Assembly (NCBI GenBank): GCA_030248215.1
Contig: JASANG010003711.1
Location: 62,001 to 126,000, forward strand
Direction: 5' to 3'
From: Enoplolaimus lenunculus
Lineage: Eukaryota
Length of the DNA: 64,000 nucleotides
The notes under the pieces were generated by a model, which had not been told where the DNA came from, ran no database searches, and worked only from the letters and a program-made list of their open reading frames with translations. Below are positions 25,526-38,236 of the stretch, in pieces (position 1 is the first letter of the stretch; each line of letters opens with the position of its first letter). The position numbers were made by a program, and so were the translations under genes.

Positions 25526-25741
25526 ACTTTCCCACAGGCGTATAGTTAGTCTTAGATTTCGGAAACGACTTACCTAAGCCTAAGCCTGAGCTTCACTTTC
25601 CCACAGGCGTATACTTCCGCTTAGAACCACTTATCTCAGTTTACGAGTGATCCTCGGTTTCCCACAGGCGTATGCTTAGCCTTAGATTTCGGAAACGACT
25701 TATCTACGCCTAAGCGTGTGCCTCACTTTCCCACAGGCGTT
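25526..25741. repeat. Degenerate ~60-70 bp tandem repeat containing GCCTAA hexamers
   Basis: tttcccacaggcgt recurs four times (~25528, 25597, 25658, 25728); cttagatttcggaaacgactta...gcctaagc recurs twice. Confidence 0.75.
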
Positions 25742-25965
25742 CGTTCCATTAATTTTTTTTGGACGATATAGGATTCGTTTGTCTAGTTTTGCAAAACAGA
25801 AATTACTCTTGCTGCGTTGCAGCATACGGGCATCCATTCCTGGCATACATTGGCATGGAACTAATCAGAGTAAAATTTTAATGCAAAATAGTCCAAAAAC
25901 AGTCCAGTTGAATTTACAACCAATAATACATCACAGAAGTCCGCCATACAGCAATATCCAACCAC

Positions 25966-26430
25966 CAGGGCGGCACCGAATCCACAATTTAACCGAATCC
26001 GAATCTGAATCCGAATCCAGTGCTAATTTGCCGAATCCGAATCCGAATCCAGTGCTAATTTGCTGAATCCGAATCCAGTGCTAATTTGCCAAATCCGAAT
26101 GCAGTGCTAATTTGCCGATACCGAAATCGAATCCAAGTCCGAATCTTGCATGCTGCAAATTTCAGATGTGTATCGTTTGTTTCACAACATCAACGCAATG
26201 ATAGCCGCATAACCTGTAAACGTTAATATATTTCGTGTCCGACCTCAGTTCTGAGATTTGTGACTTGAAACAAAAATGTTGATTTACATAACAAGTTATT
26301 CAAAATTTTTTTATTGCTTAAAATTGAAAAACACATTGCCGAACATTGTTGGATTCGGCTTTTGGATTCGGCGTTATCACAACCGAATCCGATTCCGAAT
26401 CCGTGGGGGCCCGTGCCGTGAGATCTCCCC
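25966..26430. mobile_element. hAT-like non-autonomous element with CCGAAT/ATTCGG subterminal repeats
   Basis: Starts CAGGGCGGCAC; clustered ccgaat hexamers at both ends in both orientations; right terminus and TSD unclear. Confidence 0.55.
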
Positions 26431-26812
26431 TGCTTCCGCCAGCGGTCGTGGTTGGAAAATTTTGGTTAATTTTAACGGGCAACAATGGGACTGAGTAAAA
26501 GATTTAACCACGTGACCAATTGCTCGGAATGTTTATGGCGTTTAGGCGCGTAGTTCAGAATCTTACATCTGAATATTACTACTGTGCATTTAATGCATTG
26601 AGTGTTTGCTTAGTAAATATTAAAACTTCATAATAACGCAGATATGGCATTAAATTTCAACCTGGATCATAGGTCATTCACAAGTCGACTACCCATGGTT
26701 CATAGAACAGACATCGTCACCCATTTCGATCTCTGCGTCAGCGCATTATTTCAAAAATATTTCATACAATTTAGCGTCACAGACAAAAAACGGAAAACGT
26801 GGACTGAAACTA

Positions 26813-27970
26813 GGACCCATATCCTCAACCGCAACTGCGTATAGCACCTACCATCAATTAGCGATAGGTTTTCAAACTGACGAACATCTGCAGTTGCAGA
26901 TTTCAAAATTGGTGCACAAGTATGACAAATCAAACGCGAACAATGTGCTGATTTTCGAACGTTACCACGCGAACAATGTGCTGATTTTCGAACCTCACCA
27001 CGCGAACAATGTGCTGATTTTCGAACCTCACCTCACCACGCGAACAATGTGCTGATTTTCGAACCTTACCACGCGAACAATGTGCTGATTTTCGAACCTC
27101 ACCACGCGAACAATGTGCTGATTTTCGAACCTTACCACGCGAACAATGTGCTGATTTTCGAACCTTACCACGCGAACAATGTGCTGATTTTCGAACCTTA
27201 CCACGCGAACAATGTGCTGATTTTCGAACCTTACCACGCGAACAATGTGCTGATTTTCGAACCTCACCACGCGAACAATGTGCTGATTTTCGAACCTCAC
27301 CACGCGAACAATGTGCTGATTTTCGAACCTCACCACGCGAACAATGTGCTGATTTTCGAACCTAACCACGCGAACAATGTGCTGATTTTCGAACCTTACC
27401 ACGCGAACAATGTGCTGATTTTCGAACCTTACCACGCGAACAATGTGCTGATTTTCGAACCTTACCACGCGAACAATGTGCTGATTTTCGAACCTTACCA
27501 CGCGAACAATGTGCTGATTTTCGAACCTCACCACGCGAACAATGTGCTGATTTTCGAACCTTACCACGCGAACAATGTGCTGATTTTCGAATCTTACCAC
27601 GCGAACAATGTGCTGATTTTCGAACCTCACCACGCGAACAATGTGCTGATTTTCGAACCTTACCACGCGAACAATGTGCTGATTTTCGAACCTCACCACG
27701 CGAACAATGTGCTGATTTTCGAACCTTACCACGCGAACAATGTGCTGATTTTCGAACCTCACCACGCGAACAATGTGCTGATTTTCGAACCTCACCACGC
27801 GAACAATGTGCTGATTTTCGAACCTCACCACGCGAACAATGTGCTGATTTTCGAACCTCACCACGCGAACAATGTGCTGATTTTCGAACCTCACCATGCG
27901 CTCGTTCCAAAGCTAAAGGATCCATCAACAACTGGTGATAGGTGCTACACACATTTGCGACTACGGGTTT
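26813..27970. mobile_element. MITE family A copy (reverse orientation) expanded by an internal minisatellite
   Basis: Both flanks of the tandem array align to the reverse complement of the 43727 copy; ends ggacccatatcctcaa... and ...ggtgctacacacatttgcgactacgggttt. Confidence 0.85.
26935..27896. repeat. 33-bp minisatellite, ~29 near-identical copies (cgcgaacaatgtgctgattttcgaacct[t/c]acca)
   Basis: Head-to-tail copies with no spacers; variation mostly one T/C site; one 5-bp slip near 27030. Confidence 0.97.
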
Positions 27971-30015
27971 AAAACACACTTAACTAAACCATGAATAAAT
28001 CTGTAGTCTTTAAGCGTAAGCTATTACCTTAGCGAGTTCTTCTTTTAGGTTCAATAATTATTTATTTTGTACGCAACGAAAACTTTCAAACACAATCAAT
28101 GAATGATCAGTTTCAATACACGAAAAAGAAAGTATATATATGCAACAGGGCACATTCTGCGGTCGAAAACAATGGGTCCAGTGCGCATTGGGCATTTGCC
28201 CTACGCCGCCCTTTTTCGCGGACAATATTAAATTTGCGTCAACGACGAAAGCATATGTTACCAATAGTAACAAAAATGATGCGCTTAAATGCAACCAAAT
28301 ACGAAATATCTTTTATAGCTAACGTATACCCTCTATATCAGACATTAACTCTTATAGAAATAGAGTGCCGTGTATCACTAAAACACAGCACGCGTCGGTA
28401 CATATTGCACCACGAGAAATTAGGATAAGTAGTTTACTCGTATCTCAAACGTTAAAACCTAATTGACTGTCTTAAAAAAATAAAAAAAGTCAAAAGACAC
28501 AAATATTTTGATTTGCCGTTTTGTCACAACCAGAGCTTGCGAAAAAATTAACAAAAGATCACAGATTTTGATGGAAACTTCGATATAAATTTATCCAATT
28601 TCTGTTCGGGTCCGTTCTTCCTACTGAACATAAAAAATTTCCATCATATGATCCAGTATGCAATATATATAGTTAACATTTTTAATTAGCTGCAATAAAT
28701 ACTCAATGCTACGCCAATCTCAACGCTTATACATGCAAACTCCACAACAGTTTGTTGTTATGTAACAAACGGCTACCATACTTTCCACTCCTCCGAGGGC
28801 CGCTCTATAATTTTCGTTGGCTTACCATAAATTGTGTGGTGGAACGAAAACATGTTAACAATTAGCATATTTAGGGTTAACTGAAGTTTTCCTACGGTTA
28901 CCGAAGATTCAGTGCTCAGCAGATACTTGGTAACGTTCAAATCTTTAATTGTCACTATCAAAACTAAACTGATATTTGTGTATCTTACAACAGTCGATCA
29001 AACGATCTTTGGAAAAAAATGGGTTAACAAATTCGATCCGCAACTTCGATGCAAATGTAAAAACGCGTTTTTTCGACCAAAATACACACAAAATTTCAGT
29101 TGCTTCCTTACGGCAAACATTAAATGAGGATTATTTACGCAAAAACGACGCTGTGATTTTCAGAGCAAATGCATCTGTACATGCAAGACAAAGTCTATTG
29201 AAACCGCCGCAAAGACCGAATCGATTCTGCATATTAGACTCACTGTTGTATCACTTGTTTATATCTATATGAATATGTGTTCTATGCTGGAACGGTGCCT
29301 AAAATACGTATGTTGGGCGTTCCAGTTTTAATATACAAATATATATACATATATAATTTATTGGCATGTTCAAAACGAGCAAACATAACCTACACAAACA
29401 AAAAGTCCAAAACAAAACAAACTTTTTCATGCCAACCGAAACAATAATAGTTGTACAACTTCACAAATTAAAACGCTACTTATTGTCGTCGCTAAGAACT
29501 CCACAAACATAAACTTATAAACACTAATCGTGAAACTTCATAAACCGTCAAATTGAACGTAGTCGCATGAAAATTTGTTTAATTTTAAAATATTTCATGT
29601 AACTCAGCTTGTAAAGTAAACGCAAGCACTGGTAAATAGTATACTTAAAAACAACAGTGGCATCATAGCAGTGCTCAAGCTATAACAAAACTTAAATATA
29701 AAAATCCATTTTGAACTTTTAAACAGGTTAAACTGATTTACAAAAACGACAAACCAAACTTAATAAATATCAGGCTCAAATTAAAAAAAACCATAATATT
29801 GTAAAATGTACTACTATTCGGCTATTAACTGCTGGCTAAAAGCAAACCGTACAATAATCAGCTACATGCGCGGCGTGTATGCTCGCCTCGAAAGGTTTCC
29901 ATATAAAACCAAAAAAAAGGAAACTGGTTTGCGCAAGTCGACCGGACCTACCATCTTACCAACTACTGAGCATTTTGTTTAGTTGCAGCAAACATACTGC
30001 AACTTTATAAAATAC

Positions 30016-30660
30016 CTTTGGTAGTTTGCGAACGCGAAAATTTCGTCCGAGACCCTTTCGCTGCAGGCGCCTTTGTGGCGGTCGTCGACGCCGCTCCAGA
30101 AGACGGCATTGATGCGGGTGGTTTCGGCTGTCGCACTTGAATGACCGGCTCGGATTGCATATGGACCAACGGGCGAGGCGGTTTCCGCTTTTTTGAGCTG
30201 CGGGAGGCCGTCGTCGAGGCCGCCCCTTGGCCATCAGTTGTCTCGCCAAGTCCTTCAACATCATCGTCATCATCCTCATCAGGTTCTTCAACGATCGGTT
30301 TTTCGTCGCCTTCGTCGTCGTAAGGTTCGCCGCTCAAGTCACCAATTTCACCACTGGAAACTTGTTGCTGTTGCTCTGATCCAGGTACCTCGACAATTTG
30401 AATCCCAGTTGAACTGTTCCAGTCTTCTTCATCATCATCATCAAACCCTGCATATCGATGGCGATGACGTTTCTTATGATAAACGTCGCCTCGCAATTGC
30501 AGATCCGGATCGGACACAAGCGGTGTTACGCCACCGGTTGCGGCGGTGTCTTGTCCAGCGTCATCCTCTTGGTCTTCTACAGAATCGATGACTGTGAGTT
30601 TTGTTGAACGCTGTTGTGTTTCGTCGAGTATTTGGTCAACCAACTTACTCGCATCCTCGC
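30016..30660 (-). CDS. unc-44: Ankyrin-locus exon, acidic then basic (GEDASKLVDQ...SQTTK); may instead read through to the stop at 30005
   Basis: Acceptor gcgttgttgtcAG (CT 30661-30662); donor AAAG|GTATTT (AC 30014-30015); 645 nt, phase 1-1; higher GC than flanks. Confidence 0.7.
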
Positions 30661-32150
30661 CTGACAACAACGCAAACACACACGTACACGCTTAGAGATA
30701 CGATTAACATAAGTGTTACAATAATTACAAATACGTGCAGCAACGACGTAGAGGGAAATTGTTTTACTGGTCAAACTTTACTAAGCCTTTGCAATGTTTG
30801 TTCACTGGTTTTTGAAACGTTTTCAGAGTTGGTAACACAAGAAATCCTTCTTCAAAGCTTTTCTAGAACGGGATCCGTCATTTTAAAATCCTGGCTACGC
30901 CCAACAACGTGCAAATATACAATAATTGCTGTCGAAACTTAAAATAAGGCTGCGTTAAGTAATATAGGTATTATGTAAACTAAATATATTGGTTCAACAA
31001 GCATCCCATCTATACTGCACTACTGCAAAACTAAAGCACGACCAGAGCTGTAAAATACTATAAAAGTAATACAAACTTTTGATGGCTGGCTAACAAAGGC
31101 TATCATTTCAGGTGCTGTACATTACACTTAGGCTTTGAAATATGCTTTATGCTGCTGTTGTCACAGCCATGTTCTATAAGCTACACTGGCGCCGGTTTTT
31201 AAGGTTGCCGCTTAAACCGAGATACATCTAATCGCTACGATACATGCACGCTACGACGGCCGCAATGAGAAAACGAAATTAAAACCTGGTATATATTATA
31301 TCATAATCTCAAAACAATCACAATAAGAATTTTTGGCATGGATAATAGCCGACTATAAAACGATAAGAGACCACCATCTCGAACGAATTCAAACAACGCC
31401 GACTACTTGAATACCGGCTGGTGTAGGGCACTCGCACCATTCCAACAATGATTAATACCAAGATCTCGAATTTCAAAATTACATGAAGTATATACACGAA
31501 CAAAATTTTCCTGTATTATATAAACGTTGTTGCTTCGCAGTACACCAAATCTTGGCGAATTTGTAAACCTATTTAAGTTTGCAGCATTTTAATTATTACG
31601 CTATAAAAACTATTTGCTACATTAGAAAACCTTTAACTAATAAGTTAGCTTGGTTAGTCACACAAAACTTGTTATTTTAACATTGGTAAAACTTTGTCAA
31701 TCACCAGACTGTCGAAATTATACAACAGGCTCGACCCAGGCCAGGGACTAACCAACCTCAAGAAGAGAAACAATTTAGACGGGATATACGATGCGGTTGC
31801 ATTGTACAACGCTACGAAACAGTGCTAACATGTTTCTAGAAGAGAACAAAAGCTATCTATGGTATAGGACGGCGACTAGAATATTGGCTGAGAGAACGCA
31901 AAGAACGGTCTTGCTAATAATAACTATGACACAGAATAGCTGATGGACAACTAAAATTACTCAGTGTTATACTATAAGCAGCATGCATGTAACAAAAAAT
32001 TAAAGAAAATGTCCAATTAACGATGTCGGTATACTTTTTTTGACGCATTTTATTTCTGTACAAAACAAAAGCGGCAACTTTAACAATTTTAACGTGAACC
32101 GTTTTTAAACGACTACAAATATTACCGAAAACCTACTAATCAACAATTAA

Positions 32151-32182
32151 TTCATTCATTCATTCATTCATTCATTCATTCA
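32151..32182. repeat. (TTCA)8 microsatellite
   Basis: Direct reading. Confidence 0.9.
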
Positions 32183-32566
32183 CCTTTGACAGCATTTATT
32201 TTACCGCAAATGAGTTAGTTGTTTTATAGCTGTAATATGAGTTAATTTACGTTGCCTCAAACACACATTTTGATTAGAAACAACCAAACGAAACATGAAA
32301 AAAACAACACACTCAACATAAACCAAATTTCAGCTAATTATTTAAGTCCAATATTATTTTAGTAACAAACGAAAAAAAACAGTTAACGGCAACCGAACAC
32401 ATTTCAATTCATGACAATATTGAGACATTGATGCAGCTATAATAAGACAATCTTACTTAAAAATGCAGTGGTTTCTTTCGTATTAGATTACAACGTTAAC
32501 TACCCATTCAGGAATACATACCAAATCAAATGTGTACATTGGTTGAATTTTCTGAGTACATTTTTG

Positions 32567-32876
32567 GAACATTATTCAAATAGAAACAGAGAGAATTTCA
32601 GTGCTTATTTGGTTTCCCCACATATATCGAATCTGAGCCTGAGCCAAAGCGTAAGCCTTAGAATATGTCTGTCTATGCTTACGCCCAAAAATAAGTTTAA
32701 GCCCGAGCCTACGCATGTGATAGAACATTGTTTAAATAGAAACAGAGAGAATTTCTGTGCTTATTTGGTTCCCTCACATACATCGAATCTGAACCTGAGC
32801 CAAAGCCTAAGCCTAAGAATAAGTCTAAGCTGAAGCAAGAAAAAAATAAGCCTAGGCCTGCGCCTAAGCATGTGAT
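32567..32876. repeat. ~156-bp diverged tandem duplication containing degenerate GCCTAA repeats
   Basis: gaacatt.tt.aaatagaaacagagagaatttc at 32567 and 32723; both units end gcatgtgata. Confidence 0.8.
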
Positions 32877-33359
32877 AATGTAATAATATAAACATTATGC
32901 GGGGTAAACTATAGCCTTCTAATAAATTAACATTAGCGTGGGGAATCTAAAAGTACCAAAACTTCAATATTTTTAATCTTTCTTAATTTTAAGAACAATG
33001 TTTGCTGTTCTGATCACATTGTTTAGCGGATGTTGCTTCATATGACAGCAAACAGATTTCAAAGATACAGGAAAAGAAACAAAAAAGAATGTAGAAAAAA
33101 TAAAAGAAACTGTACAGTGTAAAATGCACCAATTGTAAAGTTTCAAAATAAGGCTTTGTACATTTTAACACTGCCTTCGCGAATCCTGCCAAGGGACTGT
33201 TGCAACGCTTGTAGAAAGAACGGGCAACATTTCTGTTGGATTTCCTTTCCACGCCAACAATCAATAAACACAAAATTTAATCATCAGCATAACCAAGGTG
33301 TTATAGTCGACCGGTTATGATAATTGCCACCCGTCCGAGAGTTTCGGGATTGAAACCAG

Positions 33360-33584
33360 AGGCTGTATCCTCAAACGTTCGTAACACCATTAACCAGTTA
33401 GTCATAAATCTTGTATTTGTCAAAACAGCGATTGGCAAAGGTTTGAAATTCGGTATATTTTTGTATTTGACTTGCCCTACTTCTGTGCCCATTTTGTGTT
33501 TCGTAATTGCAGGAGTTGATCCTTTTGAAATCATTCAGCTAACTACTGGTGATAGATGCTACACGCATTAGAGAATGTGGCCCC
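33360..33584. mobile_element. Degenerate MITE family A copy
   Basis: Right end actggtgatagatgctacacgcattagagaatgtggcccc; interior ttgccctacttctgt shared with the 2565 copy. Confidence 0.65.
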
Positions 33585-35707
33585 AGGTTTGAAAGTACTA
33601 CGTAAACTAGATCTCAATATGCTCGCTGGAAACGGTTAAGGTTATACGTCCGGTGTTAAAAATGTGCGACCTATCCAAACCGAAACACTTTATGACGCAA
33701 TCCAACAATGTAATGCATGCGTATGGACGTTCATAAACACTTTTCGTGATTTTTATTGTATACTGAGCTCAACAGTAAGGACCCACGATTGGTATTATGT
33801 TAATATACCATATATATTCACTCTAATCTGTTAATAACGTCGACATCGTTAAAATAGCAAGGTCCAAACGGACGGATATCCGATTCCGGCATAAGTTCGG
33901 GGAAAATTTCTGTTCCAGCCGATTCCGTAACTGACCGAGTACTATCCAATGTCGGAATTCCGGAATTTTAGGTTACGACGTGTCCTTCTTGTCCAAAAAG
34001 ATTAACCTGATTGCAAACTTGTTATGGACGCAATTAAACAGTACAAGAAATTTGAAATTTTGCATACTTACACACGCAAGCGAAAATAATATTTTTTGCA
34101 GACTGTAAATGGGAGTCAATACTTACACCGAGAACAGTGCGATACCTGAAATTAAATAATGTTTTTTGACAGTTCAGAACAATTAATCACAATTAACAAA
34201 GGTTAAAATTGAAATTCATTGCGATCCCGAGTTAGGTTCGCGCAAAAAATACAATTCCGACGAGACACCGCTTTCGAGATAGAATTTTTTCGATAAGCGA
34301 GAAAAATAAGAGAACGGCGGCACGGTAACGTTCAGCTGCAATCTAACACTGACAAAAGTCGATAATCGATTCAAGACACCAGATTAGGCAGTTTACCTAA
34401 TTTTGCGTGGTACAAATAAATGTACATGCACACGTAGCGTTTTCGCCCTTAACCAGATTTGTGGAGTTGTTCACAGGTTCGCTATGCTGCGTGCGAAATA
34501 TGTTAAGAACCTTTAAAAGGAAAGTAATTTTTTAATATAAACGCATATGTATATTGTTTTCTATATGTTCGAAACCAATCTGCTATTGAGGCCAAATACT
34601 ACTTAGTCAAGTCCATCAGCAAAAAATTAATATCAATAATGAAGAGCCAACGCTGATTGGTTGTCAGCCGTGCGTCTGAGTTAAATCTGATTCGACACAA
34701 TTGGTAAAAGAATGATCATCGACTCTTGGCATGACAATTCTTTATGACTTTAAAAAGTGTTTTATATATTATTTTCACGTAATTTTAAACAATGTTACGT
34801 AATGACCCAATAAATGCTGAGTTTATCGATCGAATTCAGTAAAGTTAAAGTAATTGCATATTTGAATTTAATCATAAAAGTTGCCATATACACGTCATTT
34901 CAAATACCTACATTTTCGCATAGTATATCCGTTCACCTTCAGACCCAATGTTATACAAACTTGGACACGGAACCTACTGTTTTCTATTCTTCTAAGCCTA
35001 AACCTAGCGGGAAGAAGTAAAAGAACACAAGTATAAATAAAGCTTATATATGTTTTAAACATGATAGCAATGTGTTTCATATGCCGAACAGTGCCATTTT
35101 CTCATTTGTTCAATTATAACTAAAAATCGAACAGCCAGGATAATCCGATTTGGAAGAATTTGAACCAATCGTTTTCAAGAATACCGACAACTCAAACCAA
35201 CCCAATAGCCAATGATTTCGAACCATTTCCTAATAAATTCGTTATCGCTTCAAATTCAAATGGTTACATTTAATAATGGCGATCAAATTCACTTAGAATA
35301 TTCAAGTAAGAAACGCGCATCACACTTTTAATAAGCACTTTTGCACATGTACACTTTCTTGCCCACAAGCCAACGTGTAAACTTTGTGCAACTCTTAAAC
35401 CTAATTCTAGTTCCCAGTCCAAGCGTATGCAAATATCACAACGTAATTTTAAGCTTAAGTCATGCCCAAAACCAAACAAATTTCTCAATAATTGGAGGAA
35501 GTGAAAAGCGCGAAAATTTCAGTACACCGGGTATCGCGATATTTCGATTTCAATTTTGAACTCAACATTACAATAAAAATTTTAAATTTTCAAACATAGC
35601 GAACGATGTCCATTTTATTTTTAGTAACTATCGATGTGTTAGTAACCTTGAATAACAACCAGTCGTAGTGGGACTACATTTATTGAGCGAAGCTCGAACG
35701 CACGTAA

Positions 35708-36510
35708 GCAATTAAGGTAATATGCAAATTAGTTATGAGCTAACTATTCATTTATCGATTTTGGAGGTTTTTAAGCAATTTCCTAAGATTCCTCGCACCC
35801 AAGAACCCTTCAGCCACCCTAATAATTATTGAAATAATTTAAAAAGTCATAATTTTTCTCGTCAATTAAGCAAATATGCAAATTAGCTATTAGCTAACTA
35901 TTCGACAATCGCTTTTAAAGGTTTGTAGACAATTTATTCAGATTATTCGCACCCGAAAATCCATTATTGCTGAAATTAGATTGCTTGTAACCCTAATAAT
36001 TAGTGAAACATTGTCAAAACGCCTAATTTAGGCTTATCAATTATGCTTATATGCAAATTATCTATTAGCTAACCACTCAATTATCGGTTTTAGACGTTTG
36101 TAAACAATTTATTCAGATTGCTCGCACCAAAAACCTTCAGTAAACCCTAATAATTATTGAAATAAATTAAAAAGCCCTAGTTTTGTCTTCTCAATTAAGC
36201 TAATATGCAAATTAGCTATTAGCTAACTATTCAATTATCGGTTTTGGATTTTCGAAACAATTTATTCAAATTCCTCGCACCTAAAAACCCGTTAGTGCTG
36301 AAATTATATTGCTTTCAAGTTCAACCTTAATAATTAGTGAAATATTGTAAAAAGTCCTAATTTAGGCTTACAAACTATGCTAATATGCAAATTATCAATA
36401 AGCTAACTGCTCAAGTATCGGTTTTGGAGGTTTGTAAACAGTCTAGGCAGATTTCTCGCACCCAAAAACCCAGTCCTAATTTAGGCTTAATTAATTATGC
36501 AAATTAGTCT
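35708..36510. repeat. Diverged satellite with alternating ~154 and ~175-180 bp monomers
   Basis: Anchor tatgcaaatt at 35721, 35875, 36050, 36204, 36384, 36496 (spacings 154/175/154/180/112). Confidence 0.85.
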
Positions 36511-36937
36511 GTAGCTTAGAAAGTGCTTTAAATTTTAAAACCACAATGCGAGGTTAACACCCAAGGCACGACCACAGTTTCGCGAACTGAGGAAGGAAAA
36601 ATCGCATATTTCACAAACGCATTACGTGTACGTACAGGTTTTTTAGCAAATCACAAAGGCCGTTAATTGGTACCAAATTTAGCTCTGTTTAGCTGTTTAG
36701 CACACATCAACCATGGTTAAACGGGTAACTTATTTCGGATTTGTGTTAGTTTATGGTTAACAGACCACTACGTTGATCGACACATTAGTAAACGTATTAT
36801 CCACCTTCTTAGTGCAGACGTCCGACAACTAAACGATATTAAACATATTGGGAAACGTAACGCAGCCAACATTCTGCCGCGACTTTAAACGGATAAGTCG
36901 CTGACAACAGCCACAAAAGACAAGGACGCGTAACCAG

Positions 36938-37312
36938 CAGGGTTCGATCGGACAGCAATGTTATCGGACACCGGAGCCGGATAGTAAATTATCTACCGGA
37001 ACCGGATGATAACCGAATATAGCATCCAAATTTGCACCCTATTGGTTTCATTTGAGTCGTGCAAGAGCATATCGTTACAATCTTTAAATTGTTAGCTTGC
37101 ATATTTCATTATATTTCAGCGTTAAACACTTGAACTTTTTGATTTGGACGGTAATGCAGTTACAGGAAAACATATATAGTACCTTCACAAGTAAGAAGCA
37201 ATAACCACAAGTATCCGGTATCAGGTAAATCAATACCGGATACCGGTACAGGATATGAATGTCGGTTTTCTGCTGGATATCAAACCGGCACCGGATATCC
37301 GGTCTATCTCTG
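36938..37312. mobile_element. Remnants of CAGGG-ended hAT-like MITEs with ACCGGA/TCCGG subterminal repeats
   Basis: cagggttcga...tgcaccct (~36938-37040) and a cluster of accggat/atccgg motifs at 37213-37312. Confidence 0.45.
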
Positions 37313-38204
37313 GTAACCAGGGTAATTTTACAAGTCAAATCCGCCTTCGAAATTTGTCCAATGGTCTTTTGTTTAAGAACGTTGTTAACACAAGAAACCC
37401 CTGTTTCGAAAATTTTACAGAACACAACTGTCTTTCCGAAATCCTGGTCACGCATCTTATCTGACAATACATATTTCCATTTGATGAACAATCACATCGA
37501 CACGCCTTCGTATTTATGTACAAATTAAACTTCAAAATTTCAATTTAAAATTTAAAAAAAACTATTAATAAACACAAAAAATTTCCTTTTTTCATCATTA
37601 AAAACAAGACAGAACAGATTTTTCAAATCGAACCGGATCGTGAATGAAATAATATTCTGGAATAAACTTTGCCAATTATTTGTAAAAAATTTATTTTTTT
37701 AACAAAATAACTTTCATTCAAAGTTTAAACATCTTCAGACCAGAAGACGACAGTACAACAACAGCCAGCTACAAACCTGATGGTTTGTGCAAAAAATTTT
37801 CCTTAGTCAAAAAATCGTGTTATAAATCATTACAACTGAAACAACCCTTGCGCATTTTAAATTCAAATCAGATGGATGTGAAGTATTTCGCCAGACTTGA
37901 AATAGAGTAAAAAACGGAAGACACTCAACATGGTCATAAAGAACCCGAGATAACACGGAGACAAAGTTAGTAAGACGACTATACGCTACACGTCGGATTG
38001 ATTACCAGCGAACGCAAGCTCTGGTTGTTGACAAAACGGCAATTTCATTATTCCTTCCACACATTACTCTTCTACTGTTAGTATAAATAAAACCTAATTT
38101 TGTAAAACTTAAATTAAACTCAATCGATACTTCAACGCAACGCTTACACAGATGAGCATATGCGTACGCCGAATTTGGTTTCTTTCGGGTTCTGGTCCCC
38201 TACG

Positions 38205-38236
38205 ACTACGACTACTACTACTACTACTACTACTAC
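38205..38236. repeat. (CTA)n microsatellite
   Basis: Direct reading. Confidence 0.85.

Noticed and set aside
26935..27896. CRISPR array (33-bp repeat with a partial palindrome)
   Set aside because: No unique spacers, units are head-to-tail, no cas genes, eukaryotic context, and the unit derives from a MITE
27028..27979. Long repetitive ORFs on both strands (VVRFENQHIVR, NNVLIFEPYHA, VRKSAHCSRGE)
   Set aside because: By-product of a 33-bp (multiple of 3) unit lacking stops; lies inside a MITE with no supporting splice signals
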